From Halogeometricum borinquense DSM 11551 (GTDB lineage: Archaea > Halobacteriota > Halobacteria > Halobacteriales > Haloferacaceae): a DNA stretch of 32,000 nucleotides. Location: positions 120,001-152,000 of the forward strand of contig NC_014729.1 in assembly GCF_000172995.2 (NCBI RefSeq). The letters are read 5' to 3'. The notes under the pieces were generated by a model. The model saw only the letters and a list, made by a program, of their open reading frames with translations. It had not been told where the DNA came from and ran no database searches. The position numbers were made by a program, and so were the translations under genes. Below, in pieces: positions 16,371-25,311 of the stretch (its first letter is position 1; every line of letters begins with the position of its first letter).

Positions 16371-19300
16371 TTACATGAAGTCGCCTAACTTCGACGCTTT
16401 GTTCTTGTCGTTCTCGAAGACGCTCTCCAGACTTTTCTCCAAGACTTCGAGACGCTGTTTCGTGTACGGCCGACAGTCGAACTCTTCTGCCACCTGAATG
16501 GCGGTGTCCATGTACTTGTTGACGGAGCCTTGATGGACCGTCAGATTGACTCGGCCGCCACATTCCCGGCAGTCGCCCGTCAGCGGCATGCGCCGATATT
16601 TCTCCCCGCAGTCGAGACACCGCGTCTCCTGGCGAGAGAACGCGCGAAGGTTCCCGATCAGGTCAGGTAGGAAGTGGTATTCGATGACGCGTTCGGCAAC
16701 GTCCGTCTCGTCCACGGCGCGGAGTTTCCGCGCGAGTTCGAGTTGCGCGTCCATCTTGTCCATCATCGACCCGAGCGTCTTGTACGCCGAGAGGTCCGGG
16801 CCGAGAGCGATGTCGGAGGTGTCGTGGGTGTGGTCGAACCCGCGGTACTCGTCATCAGTACCGAGGGTGTCCTCACCGAGTTGAATCAGATCCTCTACCT
16901 CACCGGGATCAGCCATCTCCAAGGTGGCTTCGTAGAACTCAGTCGGATACTGCCGCACGATGTCCATGTTGTGCGCCTCGTCGTCGATTTCGGACGGATC
17001 GATGCGCGAGGACATCACGAGCGGCGCGTCCATCTGTCCCCCTCGTTTGTCCGGGAGGAACTCCTTCGAGAAGTTCAGGAGACCGTCCATGAGGAGCATC
17101 ACGCAGTCTTCGTCGCCGTCGCAGTTCCGCCGCTTAGCGGCGTGAAAGTACGGATGCGCGTAGCCGACGGCCGCTGAGGTGAACCCGACCACCCGCCCGA
17201 CGACGGCGGCGGAGGTGTGCGGAGCCATCCCGAAGACGAGTTCGCCGACTAAGTCGTCGCGCTCGGAAACCTCGTAGAACGGCTCTAATCCGTAGAACTC
17301 CGTCAGAAGATCGTCCACGAAATCGGCCGTCTTCAACATGTGTTCGGCCGCACCGTCCGAGAGGACGATATCCTGCACTTTGAGTTCGACCAGTTGATCG
17401 TCGAACTGCAAGGGTTCGCCGTTGATGTCGGTCTCGTAACCGAGTTCGCGGAAGTGATCGGCCGTGACATCTAGTTCCGCGGGGCGAACCGACGTGACCG
17501 GCAGGTCGGTCATGTCGTAGCGGACAGTCCCGTCTTTGAACGACGAAACGCCGTGTTTTGCTCGCAGAACGCCCTTCTCGATAGGTTCGGGTGTTTTATT
17601 CGAGGATGTGAGGCCTTTCACACCCTTGAGGATGGGGTAGGAGGACTCGCGTTCACCGAGGTTTTCCAAGGCGGCACGGAGTTCGGCCCCGATATCGATC
17701 GCGTACCAATCGGGACTCTCTACCTCGCGTTCACAGCGTTCACAAAAGACGCGTCCCGATTCGTCGGGTTCGACAACGGTCCCGCACTCCTCACACTCGT
17801 AGTGCGGTTCAGTGTGTGTCTCACATTCCGGGCAGACGTTTTTGTACGTCTGCGTGCCGCAGTCAGGGCACTGTCGGTCACCGACGAGAACGTTCACCTC
17901 GCCGCGGGCGCCTCGTTCGTTGCGTTCGCGGGCCGCCTCACCAACGTCGCGTTGGCTGCCGCCCATTTCACCGATGGGGAACAGAGTGTGGACCGCAGGC
18001 GAGAGATCACGGGATTCGGACTTCTCCGGGCGACCCATTCGGTTACCGATTCGCGTGGGTGCGCGCTCGCGCACGTCGAACGGTGCGACTTCGTTGACCG
18101 CCTTCACGGCGTTGTCGCCGCCGTCCCACTCGCGCGCCTCGGCGGAGAGGTCGTCCCACGTTTGCTCTAACTCCTCGGTGAGACCAAGCGACCGGACGAG
18201 CGGTCGCCACTCCGGAATCCGGAGTGTCTCTTCAGTCTGCGTGTGTTCGACGAGGAGTTGTTCGAGCGTTCGTGTTACGTCTTCGGTACGGTCGAGTTCG
18301 AGGATGCCGTCGGTCGGATCGGTGTCGGTCGGTCGGACGACGACTCCCCCATCGGCCTCCACGTCCGCGATTCGCCCGGACGAAACGGCGTCAGCAAGCG
18401 CTTCGAACTCCGCGACGCTCACGTCGTGCCAGAGGTAGGTGTAGTCGGGGTGGAGATGGCAATCGTACTCGGTGGCCCACTCGAAGGCACGTTCCGGCGT
18501 GGGATGTTCGAGGTCCACGCTCGGATCGTCTTCGAGAGCCTGAATCGGCGCACCCGCCGCCTCGAACTCCTGTACCCACCACTCGTAGACGTACGAGGCT
18601 GGCGCGAGCGGATGGTTGTTCTCCACGAACTCGCCGAAGTTGACGAGATACTCGCCGAGGTCGATGATTTCCTCGACACCGTTTCGGACTTCGAGCGCTT
18701 CCTCGGGGTCGTCGATACGGCGCACGTCGCCGTTTGCAAGTCTAACAGTCGGCCCTTCGATGGAATCGACCGGGATGACCCCGCCCGCTTTCCCGGGGCG
18801 TTCGGTCTTTATCTGCGTGCCCGTAGCGAGGAAGTCGTCCACGAGGTGCATCGTCGCGGGATGAACGCCCGCCGTTGCGAACCCGTGGTTCCGAGACCGA
18901 CCGTATCGCAGTCGGAACCCACCCGCTTCGCTCGGATGGCCGAAGACGGGGCGACCCGCGATGAGGTCACGGAGGTATTTCGTCGCGGGATCGACGCGTG
19001 CAGGACCGGCCGGTTCGGGTGAGTCGGGCGTCTCCCCGTCGTCGGCCTCGTCGTCCTCGGCGTCGGCTTCTTCGTCGTCGCCATCGTCGTCCGCGTCCGC
19101 TTTGTCGCCGTCGTCCTTGCCGATGGTGCCGTCGATGAGGTCCTGTAACCACGGCCAATCGACTTCATCGAGTTGGCGAGTGTAACGCTGAATCTTCGGT
19201 GCCTTCAGTGCGATACCCTCGGCCATGACGAGACACATGCCACCGCGGGCGGAGTTGGTGTCTACCCGTTCGAGATCACGGAAGCCAGACACCTCCTCGT

Positions 19301-19958
19301 CGCCCGTCGCCTCGCCGTCAAGCATGATGGGCATGTGTTCGGCGATGAATTTCGTCTCCTTGTCCTTCGGCGAGTACTGAAGCCCCGTCTCCTTGTCGTA
19401 GAGGTCGATTTCCTCGGCGTAGCGTTCGACCTCGATGTCTCGCGCTTTGTACTCCTCGATGCCGAGAAGCGACCGAGCGTAGTCGGCGACGAGAACTGAA
19501 AGTGCCTGTGCGGTCCCGCCGGCGGAGCGAATCGGCCCGGCGTAGTAGACGTTGACGAACTCCGTTCCGTCGTCGTTCTCCAGAATCTCCACGCGGTCGA
19601 TCCCCTCGATGGGTGCGGCGACGACCCCCTCGGTGAGGAGGGCGACCGCTGTCCGAACCGCACCTTCAACTTTCCCCGCACGGGAGTCGTAGTCACCGAC
19701 ACTGCCCTCGACGAAGTCGTTCACCAGTTCGAGGGCGGCCTCCTCGCGGGACATCTGCCCTTCTAACTCGCGGACGCGTTCTGCGACGCCCGGAATTCCG
19801 AGGATGTTCTCCACCCGGTCGGCCATGTCCTTGGCGACTGGAATCTCGACTTCGGGTTGCGGGTCCCGGCCTTGCCCTTTCGCTGCGCGAGCGAGATCGA
19901 ACGCCTCGTCAAGACGGTCCTCGATTCGCGCGAAGTACCGCTCGTCGTCCTCGTGCAC
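16371..19958 (-). CDS. polC: DNA polymerase II (PolD) large subunit DP2, intein-free
   Basis: 1195-aa ORF. The N-terminus YF..IE..LDEAFDLARAAKGQGRDPQPEVEIPVAKDMADRVENILG is characteristic of DP2. Several Cys4 zinc modules are present (CPDCGTQTYKNVCPEC, CEECG..CERC, CLDCGEKYRRMPLTGDCRECGG). The length is consistent with no intein. Confidence 0.95.
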   Translation of the reverse strand: MHEDDERYFARIEDRLDEAFDLARAAKGQGRDPQPEVEIPVAKDMADRVENILGIPGVAERVRELEGQMSREEAALELVNDFVEGSVGDYDSRAGKVEGAVRTAVALLTEGVVAAPIEGIDRVEILENDDGTEFVNVYYAGPIRSAGGTAQALSVLVADYARSLLGIEEYKARDIEVERYAEEIDLYDKETGLQYSPKDKETKFIAEHMPIMLDGEATGDEEVSGFRDLERVDTNSARGGMCLVMAEGIALKAPKIQRYTRQLDEVDWPWLQDLIDGTIGKDDGDKADADDDGDDEEADAEDDEADDGETPDSPEPAGPARVDPATKYLRDLIAGRPVFGHPSEAGGFRLRYGRSRNHGFATAGVHPATMHLVDDFLATGTQIKTERPGKAGGVIPVDSIEGPTVRLANGDVRRIDDPEEALEVRNGVEEIIDLGEYLVNFGEFVENNHPLAPASYVYEWWVQEFEAAGAPIQALEDDPSVDLEHPTPERAFEWATEYDCHLHPDYTYLWHDVSVAEFEALADAVSSGRIADVEADGGVVVRPTDTDPTDGILELDRTEDVTRTLEQLLVEHTQTEETLRIPEWRPLVRSLGLTEELEQTWDDLSAEAREWDGGDNAVKAVNEVAPFDVRERAPTRIGNRMGRPEKSESRDLSPAVHTLFPIGEMGGSQRDVGEAARERNERGARGEVNVLVGDRQCPDCGTQTYKNVCPECETHTEPHYECEECGTVVEPDESGRVFCERCEREVESPDWYAIDIGAELRAALENLGERESSYPILKGVKGLTSSNKTPEPIEKGVLRAKHGVSSFKDGTVRYDMTDLPVTSVRPAELDVTADHFRELGYETDINGEPLQFDDQLVELKVQDIVLSDGAAEHMLKTADFVDDLLTEFYGLEPFYEVSERDDLVGELVFGMAPHTSAAVVGRVVGFTSAAVGYAHPYFHAAKRRNCDGDEDCVMLLMDGLLNFSKEFLPDKRGGQMDAPLVMSSRIDPSEIDDEAHNMDIVRQYPTEFYEATLEMADPGEVEDLIQLGEDTLGTDDEYRGFDHTHDTSDIALGPDLSAYKTLGSMMDKMDAQLELARKLRAVDETDVAERVIEYHFLPDLIGNLRAFSRQETRCLDCGEKYRRMPLTGDCRECGGRVNLTVHQGSVNKYMDTAIQVAEEFDCRPYTKQRLEVLEKSLESVFENDKNKASKLGDFM

Positions 19959-19960
19959 GT

Positions 19961-20380
19961 TTACAACCAGAGGTCGAGGTCGGTTACGTCGTCGTGCTCG
20001 CGTTCGAGCGGTTCGTCGAACGCGCGGATGTACACCTCGCCCGCGAAGACGGTTGCGGCGTTGAGGTGACCCGCCAACGACTGCCCGCTTGGCCGCGAGA
20101 GGACGGCGTGCGTGTGGGCAAACGGTTCATCGTCCAAGAGGGCGATGTTACCGACGCAGGCGGCGACTTCCAGCGGTTCGTCGAACGTCACCGACCGGTA
20201 CGCTTGGTCGTCTTGGTCGTAGAACCACACGTCGGCATCCTGCACCGCGCCCATGGCGTTGAACCACGCCGACTCGATATCTTCGAGGTGGGCAAACTCC
20301 TCGATTTCCTCCCGCCAATCCGCCCCATTGTCCAGCGAGACGAGGAACTCTCGACTGGATTCGACTGCCCGATAGTTCAT
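19961..20380 (-). CDS. PPC/DUF296-domain protein (plants-and-prokaryotes conserved, putative DNA-binding)
   Basis: 139-aa ORF from the ATG at 20380 (MNYRAVESSREFLVSL..). The layout GAV....V.FYD......Y....F..PLEV...GNIALLDDEPFAHTHAVL.......AGHL fits the PPC fold pattern. The stop lies 2 nt upstream of the polC start codon. Confidence 0.75.
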   Translation of the reverse strand: MNYRAVESSREFLVSLDNGADWREEIEEFAHLEDIESAWFNAMGAVQDADVWFYDQDDQAYRSVTFDEPLEVAACVGNIALLDDEPFAHTHAVLSRPSGQSLAGHLNAATVFAGEVYIRAFDEPLEREHDDVTDLDLWL

Positions 20381-20568
20381 AGACAGGTGCTCGTGTGGGA
20401 GCGCCAAAAGTGTTCACAGTTGCTGTTGGCCAGCGCAGACGAACCCACTCGGCACGGCAGACGCTCGGGGAAGAAAGTAGCAAGGAGAGCGCCGAACGAC
20501 GCTCTCGTCTCGAAAACCGAGTTATGTTGGAACCGACGGACGTGCCGCGCCCGCCGGTTCGTGGGCCC

Positions 20569-20736
20569 TTAGGCCCAGTCTCGAAGTGACGGTGCCTCCT
20601 CTACTGTCATCGAGAGCCACGCGTTGTCGCAGGAAATGTCTGCGATAATGAACTCCGAGCGAGCAGGCGTGGAGTCCACTGAGGCCATCACCTCAGCGCG
20701 CGACGCGTCGGACGCAGCCGTCACATTCGGCGTCAT
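20569..20736 (-). CDS. small conserved-looking acidic haloarchaeal protein (about 55 aa)
   Basis: MTPNVTAASDASRAEVMASVDSTPARSEFIIADISCDNAWLSMTVEEAPSLRDWA. The C-terminal ..IIADIS.D.AWLS....A.SL..W pattern recurs in small haloarchaeal proteins I have seen. A TATA-like element supports this start rather than the 81-aa extension. Confidence 0.5.
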   Translation of the reverse strand: MTPNVTAASDASRAEVMASVDSTPARSEFIIADISCDNAWLSMTVEEAPSLRDWA

Positions 20737-20760
20737 GTTTGACAGTCGGTAACACCCATA

Positions 20761-20766
20761 CATAAA
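20761..20766 (-). promoter_or_regulatory. TATA-like element of the 55-aa ORF
   Basis: The minus strand reads TTTATG (context GAGTTTATGTATGG), centred about 28 nt upstream of the ATG at 20736. Confidence 0.4.
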
Positions 20767-20862
20767 CTCGTCGGAACGACATTGCCGTTCCTTAGAATTG
20801 AAAACGAGGCGCAAAAGTAACGACTACCACGCTGTCCGCATAACGTACCGTATTCACCGCCT

Positions 20863-21363
20863 ATGGACCTCGACTCGGATACTATCGATTCCCGCCCGAG
20901 AGACGACACCGAACCAGACGACGGGATGCCGCCCGTCGGTCAACTCCTCCGAGCCCTCCTCGATGCTGCTACGTGGGGTGTCGTATTCCTCCTCGGTGGG
21001 TCGGTTCTTCTGGGACTCATCGGGCTAGTCATCGGCAACGGTCTCGTCGGATTCAAGCGGGGCCTGTTTATCTTCGGCTTTCTCGCAATGGGCGGGTCAC
21101 TGCTCATGCTTCGGCCGAAGCGTGCGTGGAAGCGCGGCCGCGACGAGGACGCTCCCGGCGCGCCGACCGATGTTCCGGACGGTGCTACCGAGAACGACAA
21201 CGTCACGGACGGCGACAGCGGTCCCGTGACGCTGTTGCCGGATTCGCTCGCTCCCAACCCGGTGCATCGGTCGTCGTGGGGGCTCCGTGTGTTCTTTGGA
21301 GGTATTTGGGCGCTCGTGGCCTCCTATCTCATGGAAACGGTATTCGGCGTCGTCCCGGTCTGA
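20863..21363 (+). CDS. hypothetical membrane protein (3-4 TM) with an acidic central loop
   Basis: 166-aa ORF. Hydrophobic segments are VVFLLGGSVLLGLIGLVIG, LFIFGFLAMGGSLLML and VFFGGIWALVASYLM. I recognise no family. Confidence 0.6.
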   Translation: MDLDSDTIDSRPRDDTEPDDGMPPVGQLLRALLDAATWGVVFLLGGSVLLGLIGLVIGNGLVGFKRGLFIFGFLAMGGSLLMLRPKRAWKRGRDEDAPGAPTDVPDGATENDNVTDGDSGPVTLLPDSLAPNPVHRSSWGLRVFFGGIWALVASYLMETVFGVVPV

Positions 21364-21480
21364 ATCGGCGGCGACGGGAAGCCGGCGGTTCAGAATAGCG
21401 AAACGACACCACGAAACCACCGCGGGAGCGGGTCGCACGCCTTCGCAGACTACAAGAGGAGGCGGAAAGTACGACGGGGT

Positions 21481-22326
21481 ATGAACGTAGCCGACGCGAT
21501 GACCCCACGAGAGGACGTGGTGACCGTGGAACTTCCCGGCACCCGCGACGACGTTCTGGAGTATCTCCAAGAGCGCGGCTTCTCCTCTGTTCCGGTTGTC
21601 AAGCGAACGGACGACGGCGAAGCCTACCGCGGCATCGTCACCCGTCAGGACCTCATCGAACACCCGGACGAAAACCAACTGGCCGTTCTGATGAACGACG
21701 TGCCGACGACGACGGCGGATACGTCCGTCGAAGACGTGGCCCACATGATGGTCGAGAAGAACGCTCGCCGTGTGCCCGTCGTCGATGGAACGCTCGAAGG
21801 TATCATCACCGTCACCGACGTGATTCGCGCCATCGCTCGCGGCGAAGTCGAACTCGACGCCGGCGCGGCCGACGTGGCTACCAGAGACGTGAACACCACG
21901 TACGAGGAAGCGCCGCTGACGGTCGCCGAACGCGAGATTTTCTACGCGAACGTCCCCTACGCCGTCGCTCTCGACGAGACGGGCACGATGTCCGGCATCC
22001 TGACCGAAGTGGACATCATCGACGTGGCCCGCGTCGTCGAAGGCGAAGATGACACGGGTGACTCCGTGGCAAATCAGGACGACGACTGGATGTGGGAGGG
22101 AATCAAAGCCGTCGGTAACCGCTACATCCCCACCCGCAACGTCGAGATTCCGGCCGAACCCGTCTCGACGTTCATGAGTACGGATCTGGTCACCGTCTCG
22201 AAGCGCACGTCCGCCGTCGAAGCGGCGCAGGCGATGATCACCAACGACATCGAACAAATCCCGCTCGTCGGCGGCGACCAACTTACCGGCATCGTCCGCG
22301 ACGTGGACCTGTTGGAGGCGTTGTAG
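21481..22326 (+). CDS. CBS-domain protein (four CBS repeats)
   Basis: CBS-pair signatures repeat four times: VADAMTPREDVVTV...GFSSVPVV...GIVTRQDLI; ...ARRVPVVDGTLEGIITVTDVI; ...GILTEVDII; ...IEQIPLVGGDQLTGIVRDVDLL. Confidence 0.88.
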   Translation: MNVADAMTPREDVVTVELPGTRDDVLEYLQERGFSSVPVVKRTDDGEAYRGIVTRQDLIEHPDENQLAVLMNDVPTTTADTSVEDVAHMMVEKNARRVPVVDGTLEGIITVTDVIRAIARGEVELDAGAADVATRDVNTTYEEAPLTVAEREIFYANVPYAVALDETGTMSGILTEVDIIDVARVVEGEDDTGDSVANQDDDWMWEGIKAVGNRYIPTRNVEIPAEPVSTFMSTDLVTVSKRTSAVEAAQAMITNDIEQIPLVGGDQLTGIVRDVDLLEAL

Positions 22327-24117
22327 ATGACCGCGGACCGAACTGAGGGCGAACGCCTTACCGAACTGGCGAAGCGCCGCGGCTACTACTTCGGTTCCAG
22401 CGAAGCCTACGGCGGCACCGCCGGATTCTACACCTACGGCCCGCAGGGTGCCGCGCTGAAGTCCAACGTCGAAGACGCGTGGCGCGAGCGCTTCACCGTC
22501 CAAGAGGGCAATCTCGAAATCGACGCGCCGACGATCATGCCCGAACCCGTCTTCGAGGCCTCGGGCCATCTCGATACCTTCGACGACATGCTCGTCGAGT
22601 GCCCCGAGTGCGCCGAGTCGCATCGCGCGGACCACCTCATCGAAGACAACTCCGACCTCGAAGACGCGGAGACGCTCTCGCTCGAAGAAGCCGCAGAGGA
22701 GATAGCCGCTCTCGACCTCGTCTGCCCGAACTGCGGTGCCGAACTCGCCGGGCAGTCGGTCGATAACTTCAACCTCATGTTCGAGACGAACATCGGTCCC
22801 GGTTCCTCGGACCCGGGCTACCTCCGTCCGGAGACGGCGCAGGGCATCTTCGTGGAGTTCCCGCGCATCAAGGAGTACGCCCGGAACCGCCTCCCGTTCG
22901 GCGTGACGCAGGTCGGCCGCGCCTACCGCAACGAGATTTCGCCGCGGAAGAGCATCGTCCGCACGCGTGAGTTCACGCAGGCCGAGTTAGAGCAGTTCAT
23001 CGATCCCGAGCGTGACGAACCTGATCTCTCCGCGGTCGAAGACGTGGCAGTTCTCCTCTACCCCGCGACCGAACAACAGAAAGACGACGGCGACTACATC
23101 GAGACGACCATCGGTGCCGCCGTCGAAGACGGCAGTATCGGTAACGCGTGGCTGGGTTACTTCCTCGGCATCGCTCAGGAATGGTACGAGCGAGTCGGCG
23201 TGGATATGGACCGTTTCCGCTTCCGTCAGCATCTCGCGGGCGAACGCGCACACTACTCCAGCGACTGCTGGGACGCAGAGAGCGAAGTTGACGGCGACTG
23301 GATCGAGATTGCGGGCTTTTCCTACCGGTCGGACTACGATCTCTCGAAGCACGCCGAGTACTCCGAGGAAGACTACACGGTCTTCCGGCAGTACGACGAA
23401 CCGAAGACGGTCGAACGCGCCGTCGTTGATCCCGACATGTCCGTTCTCGGCCCCAAATTCGGCGGCGCGGCAGGCGACGTGAAAGACGCGCTCGAACGCT
23501 TGGCCGAGCGCGACCCCGACGCCTTCGACGGCGACGAAGTGACCGTCGAGGTGGACGGCGAGACCCATACGGTCGAAACCGACGTGACGAACTTCGCCGT
23601 CGAAGAGCAGACGATAAACGGCGAGCACATCACGCCGCACGTCGTCGAACCGTCGTTCGGCGTGGACCGAACGGTGTACACACTCCTCGCACACGCGTAC
23701 GAGGAGGACGAGGTAGACGACGAGGAACGAACCTACCTATCGCTGTCTCCCGAAGTCGCCCCGCGCGACGTGGGCGTCTTCCCCCTCGTGAGCAACGTCC
23801 CCGAACTGGTAGACCTCGCAGACGAAATCGTCGATGATCTGCGCGCCGCCGGACTTTCGGTCGTCTACGACGACTCCGGTAGCATCGGTCGGCGCTACCG
23901 ACGACAGGACGAGGTTGGCACGCCGTTCTGCATCACCGTAGACCGCGACGGCCTCGAATCTGACGGCGAGACTACCGTCACCGTCCGCGAGCGCGACTCC
24001 GGTCGGCAGATCCGCGTTCCCGTCTCCGCACTCGCCGACGAACTCGGCGCGGTCCGTGGCGGCGACCGAACGTTCGACGACCTCGCCGCCGAGTACGACG
24101 AGTTAACCGACGACTGA
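22327..24117 (+). CDS. glyS: glycine--tRNA ligase (archaeal/eukaryotic dimeric type)
   Basis: RRGYYFGSSEAYGG.AGFYTYGP.G, LRPETAQGIFVEFPRIKEYARNRLPFGVTQVGRAYRNEISPR and REFTQAELEQF are present. So are VVEPSFGVDR and the C-terminal anticodon-binding module with IGRRYRRQDEVGTPFCITVD. The ATG immediately follows the CBS gene stop. Confidence 0.95.
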   Translation: MTADRTEGERLTELAKRRGYYFGSSEAYGGTAGFYTYGPQGAALKSNVEDAWRERFTVQEGNLEIDAPTIMPEPVFEASGHLDTFDDMLVECPECAESHRADHLIEDNSDLEDAETLSLEEAAEEIAALDLVCPNCGAELAGQSVDNFNLMFETNIGPGSSDPGYLRPETAQGIFVEFPRIKEYARNRLPFGVTQVGRAYRNEISPRKSIVRTREFTQAELEQFIDPERDEPDLSAVEDVAVLLYPATEQQKDDGDYIETTIGAAVEDGSIGNAWLGYFLGIAQEWYERVGVDMDRFRFRQHLAGERAHYSSDCWDAESEVDGDWIEIAGFSYRSDYDLSKHAEYSEEDYTVFRQYDEPKTVERAVVDPDMSVLGPKFGGAAGDVKDALERLAERDPDAFDGDEVTVEVDGETHTVETDVTNFAVEEQTINGEHITPHVVEPSFGVDRTVYTLLAHAYEEDEVDDEERTYLSLSPEVAPRDVGVFPLVSNVPELVDLADEIVDDLRAAGLSVVYDDSGSIGRRYRRQDEVGTPFCITVDRDGLESDGETTVTVRERDSGRQIRVPVSALADELGAVRGGDRTFDDLAAEYDELTDD

Positions 24118-24123
24118 TCAGAC

Positions 24124-24750
24124 GTGAGTCCCCGCATCTCAGTGTCAAAGAGCGAGGTCAAACGGCGTCTGGTCCACGCCAGCGGTGCCGCTCTGCCCTT
24201 CGGCTACGTACTCGACATCGTTTCGTGGGCGCAGTTGCGGTACCTCATGGTGTTTCTCACCGTCGTCGTCGCTGTCCTCGAATTCCTGCGCCTCCGTGTC
24301 GGCCTCGACTGGGCCATCTACGACGAACTCACCCGGTCGTACGAGCAGACGAATCTCGCGGGGTACGCGCTGTACATCTTCAGCATGACCGCCGTCGTGC
24401 TCGTCTTCGAACCGTACGTCGCGGTGCCGGGGATGTTGATGCTCGCCCTCGGGGACCCAGTGAGCGGACTGCTCGGCCGGACACGAGAGGCAGGCGAACC
24501 GAAACGTCTCGGAACGCTGGCCGCGATGTTCATCGTCTGTCTGGCCGTCAGTGTGCCGTTCTTACTCCCCGTCGCGGGAACCATCGGTGTCATCGCCGCC
24601 GTTGCAGGGTCCGTCGGCGCGACGATTGCCGATGGGATGAAGCCGGTCATCAGAGGGAGCGTCATCGACGACAACGCCTCGATTCCGCCCGCGGCGTGTC
24701 TCGCAATCGCGGCCGTCCTCGCGGCGACGGGGGCGGCAGCGGTTACATAA
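24124..24750 (+). CDS. polyprenol/dolichol kinase family membrane protein (COG0170-like CTP-dependent kinase)
   Basis: 208-aa polytopic ORF with a GTG start 6 nt after the glyS stop. Motifs EVKRRLVHASGA, LALGDPVSGLLG and VIDDNASIPP resemble the dolichol/phytol kinase family. Confidence 0.7.
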   Translation: MSPRISVSKSEVKRRLVHASGAALPFGYVLDIVSWAQLRYLMVFLTVVVAVLEFLRLRVGLDWAIYDELTRSYEQTNLAGYALYIFSMTAVVLVFEPYVAVPGMLMLALGDPVSGLLGRTREAGEPKRLGTLAAMFIVCLAVSVPFLLPVAGTIGVIAAVAGSVGATIADGMKPVIRGSVIDDNASIPPAACLAIAAVLAATGAAAVT

Positions 24751-24825
24751 CTGGGCGAACGGACGACGGCGACGACGACCGGCGGCCGGAGAGTGCTTTT
24801 ATTCCGTGCTACCGAACCACATGTC

Positions 24826-25311
24826 GTGACTGTCTACGAGAGCGATCTTCCGGGCGTCGGAAAGAAGCACGAAGTAGAACTCGGCGACGGCGGCCGTCTC
24901 ATCATCGTGACGCACAACAGCGGCAAGCGGGAGGTGTTCCGCAGAGCGGACGCCGACAGCGACTCGGAGAAACTGTTCGAACTCTCGGACAAGCTTGCGC
25001 GACAGGTGGGGACCCTCCTCGAAGGTGCGTACTTTCAGCCCGTCGAGACTGACCGGATAGAGACGCTGTTAGGAGACAACACGCTGTTAGAGTGGGTCGA
25101 AGTCGGCCCCGACTCGCCGATTGCGGGGCAGACGCTGGGGGAGTCGAACCTCCGGCAGACGACGGGTGCGTCCGTCATCGCTATCGAACGCGACGACGGG
25201 GTGACTGTCTCGCCCGGCGGCGACACCACCATCGAAGCGGGCGACACGCTCGTCATCATCGGCCCGCGGCAAGCGTGCCGTGACGCACTCTCGACGGTAC
25301 GCGGCGACTGA
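24826..25311 (+). CDS. cation:proton antiporter regulatory subunit (KhtT-like, TrkA-C/RCK_C domain)
   Basis: From the GTG at 24826 the protein starts (M)TVYESDLPGVGKKHEVEL..G.RLIIVTHNSGKREV, as KhtT homologues do. The C-terminal RCK_C domain reads IAGQTLGESNLRQTTGASVIAIERDDG.....GDTTIEAGDTLVIIG. An alternative upstream start at 24793 cannot be excluded. Confidence 0.82.
   Translation: MTVYESDLPGVGKKHEVELGDGGRLIIVTHNSGKREVFRRADADSDSEKLFELSDKLARQVGTLLEGAYFQPVETDRIETLLGDNTLLEWVEVGPDSPIAGQTLGESNLRQTTGASVIAIERDDGVTVSPGGDTTIEAGDTLVIIGPRQACRDALSTVRGD

Noticed and set aside
16371-19958. Possible intein in the PolD large subunit
   Set aside because: The length (1195 aa) and the uninterrupted DP2 motifs leave no room for a Hint domain, and I saw no block A/B or C-terminal HN-type splice motifs.
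20563-20576. GGGCC-CTTA-GGCCC hairpin at the stop of the 55-aa ORF, resembling GGCCC-TTTA-GGGCC at 28861-28874
   Set aside because: These are two 5-bp GC stems with 4-nt loops. That is too short and too simple to argue for a shared element, so I treat the resemblance as coincidence.
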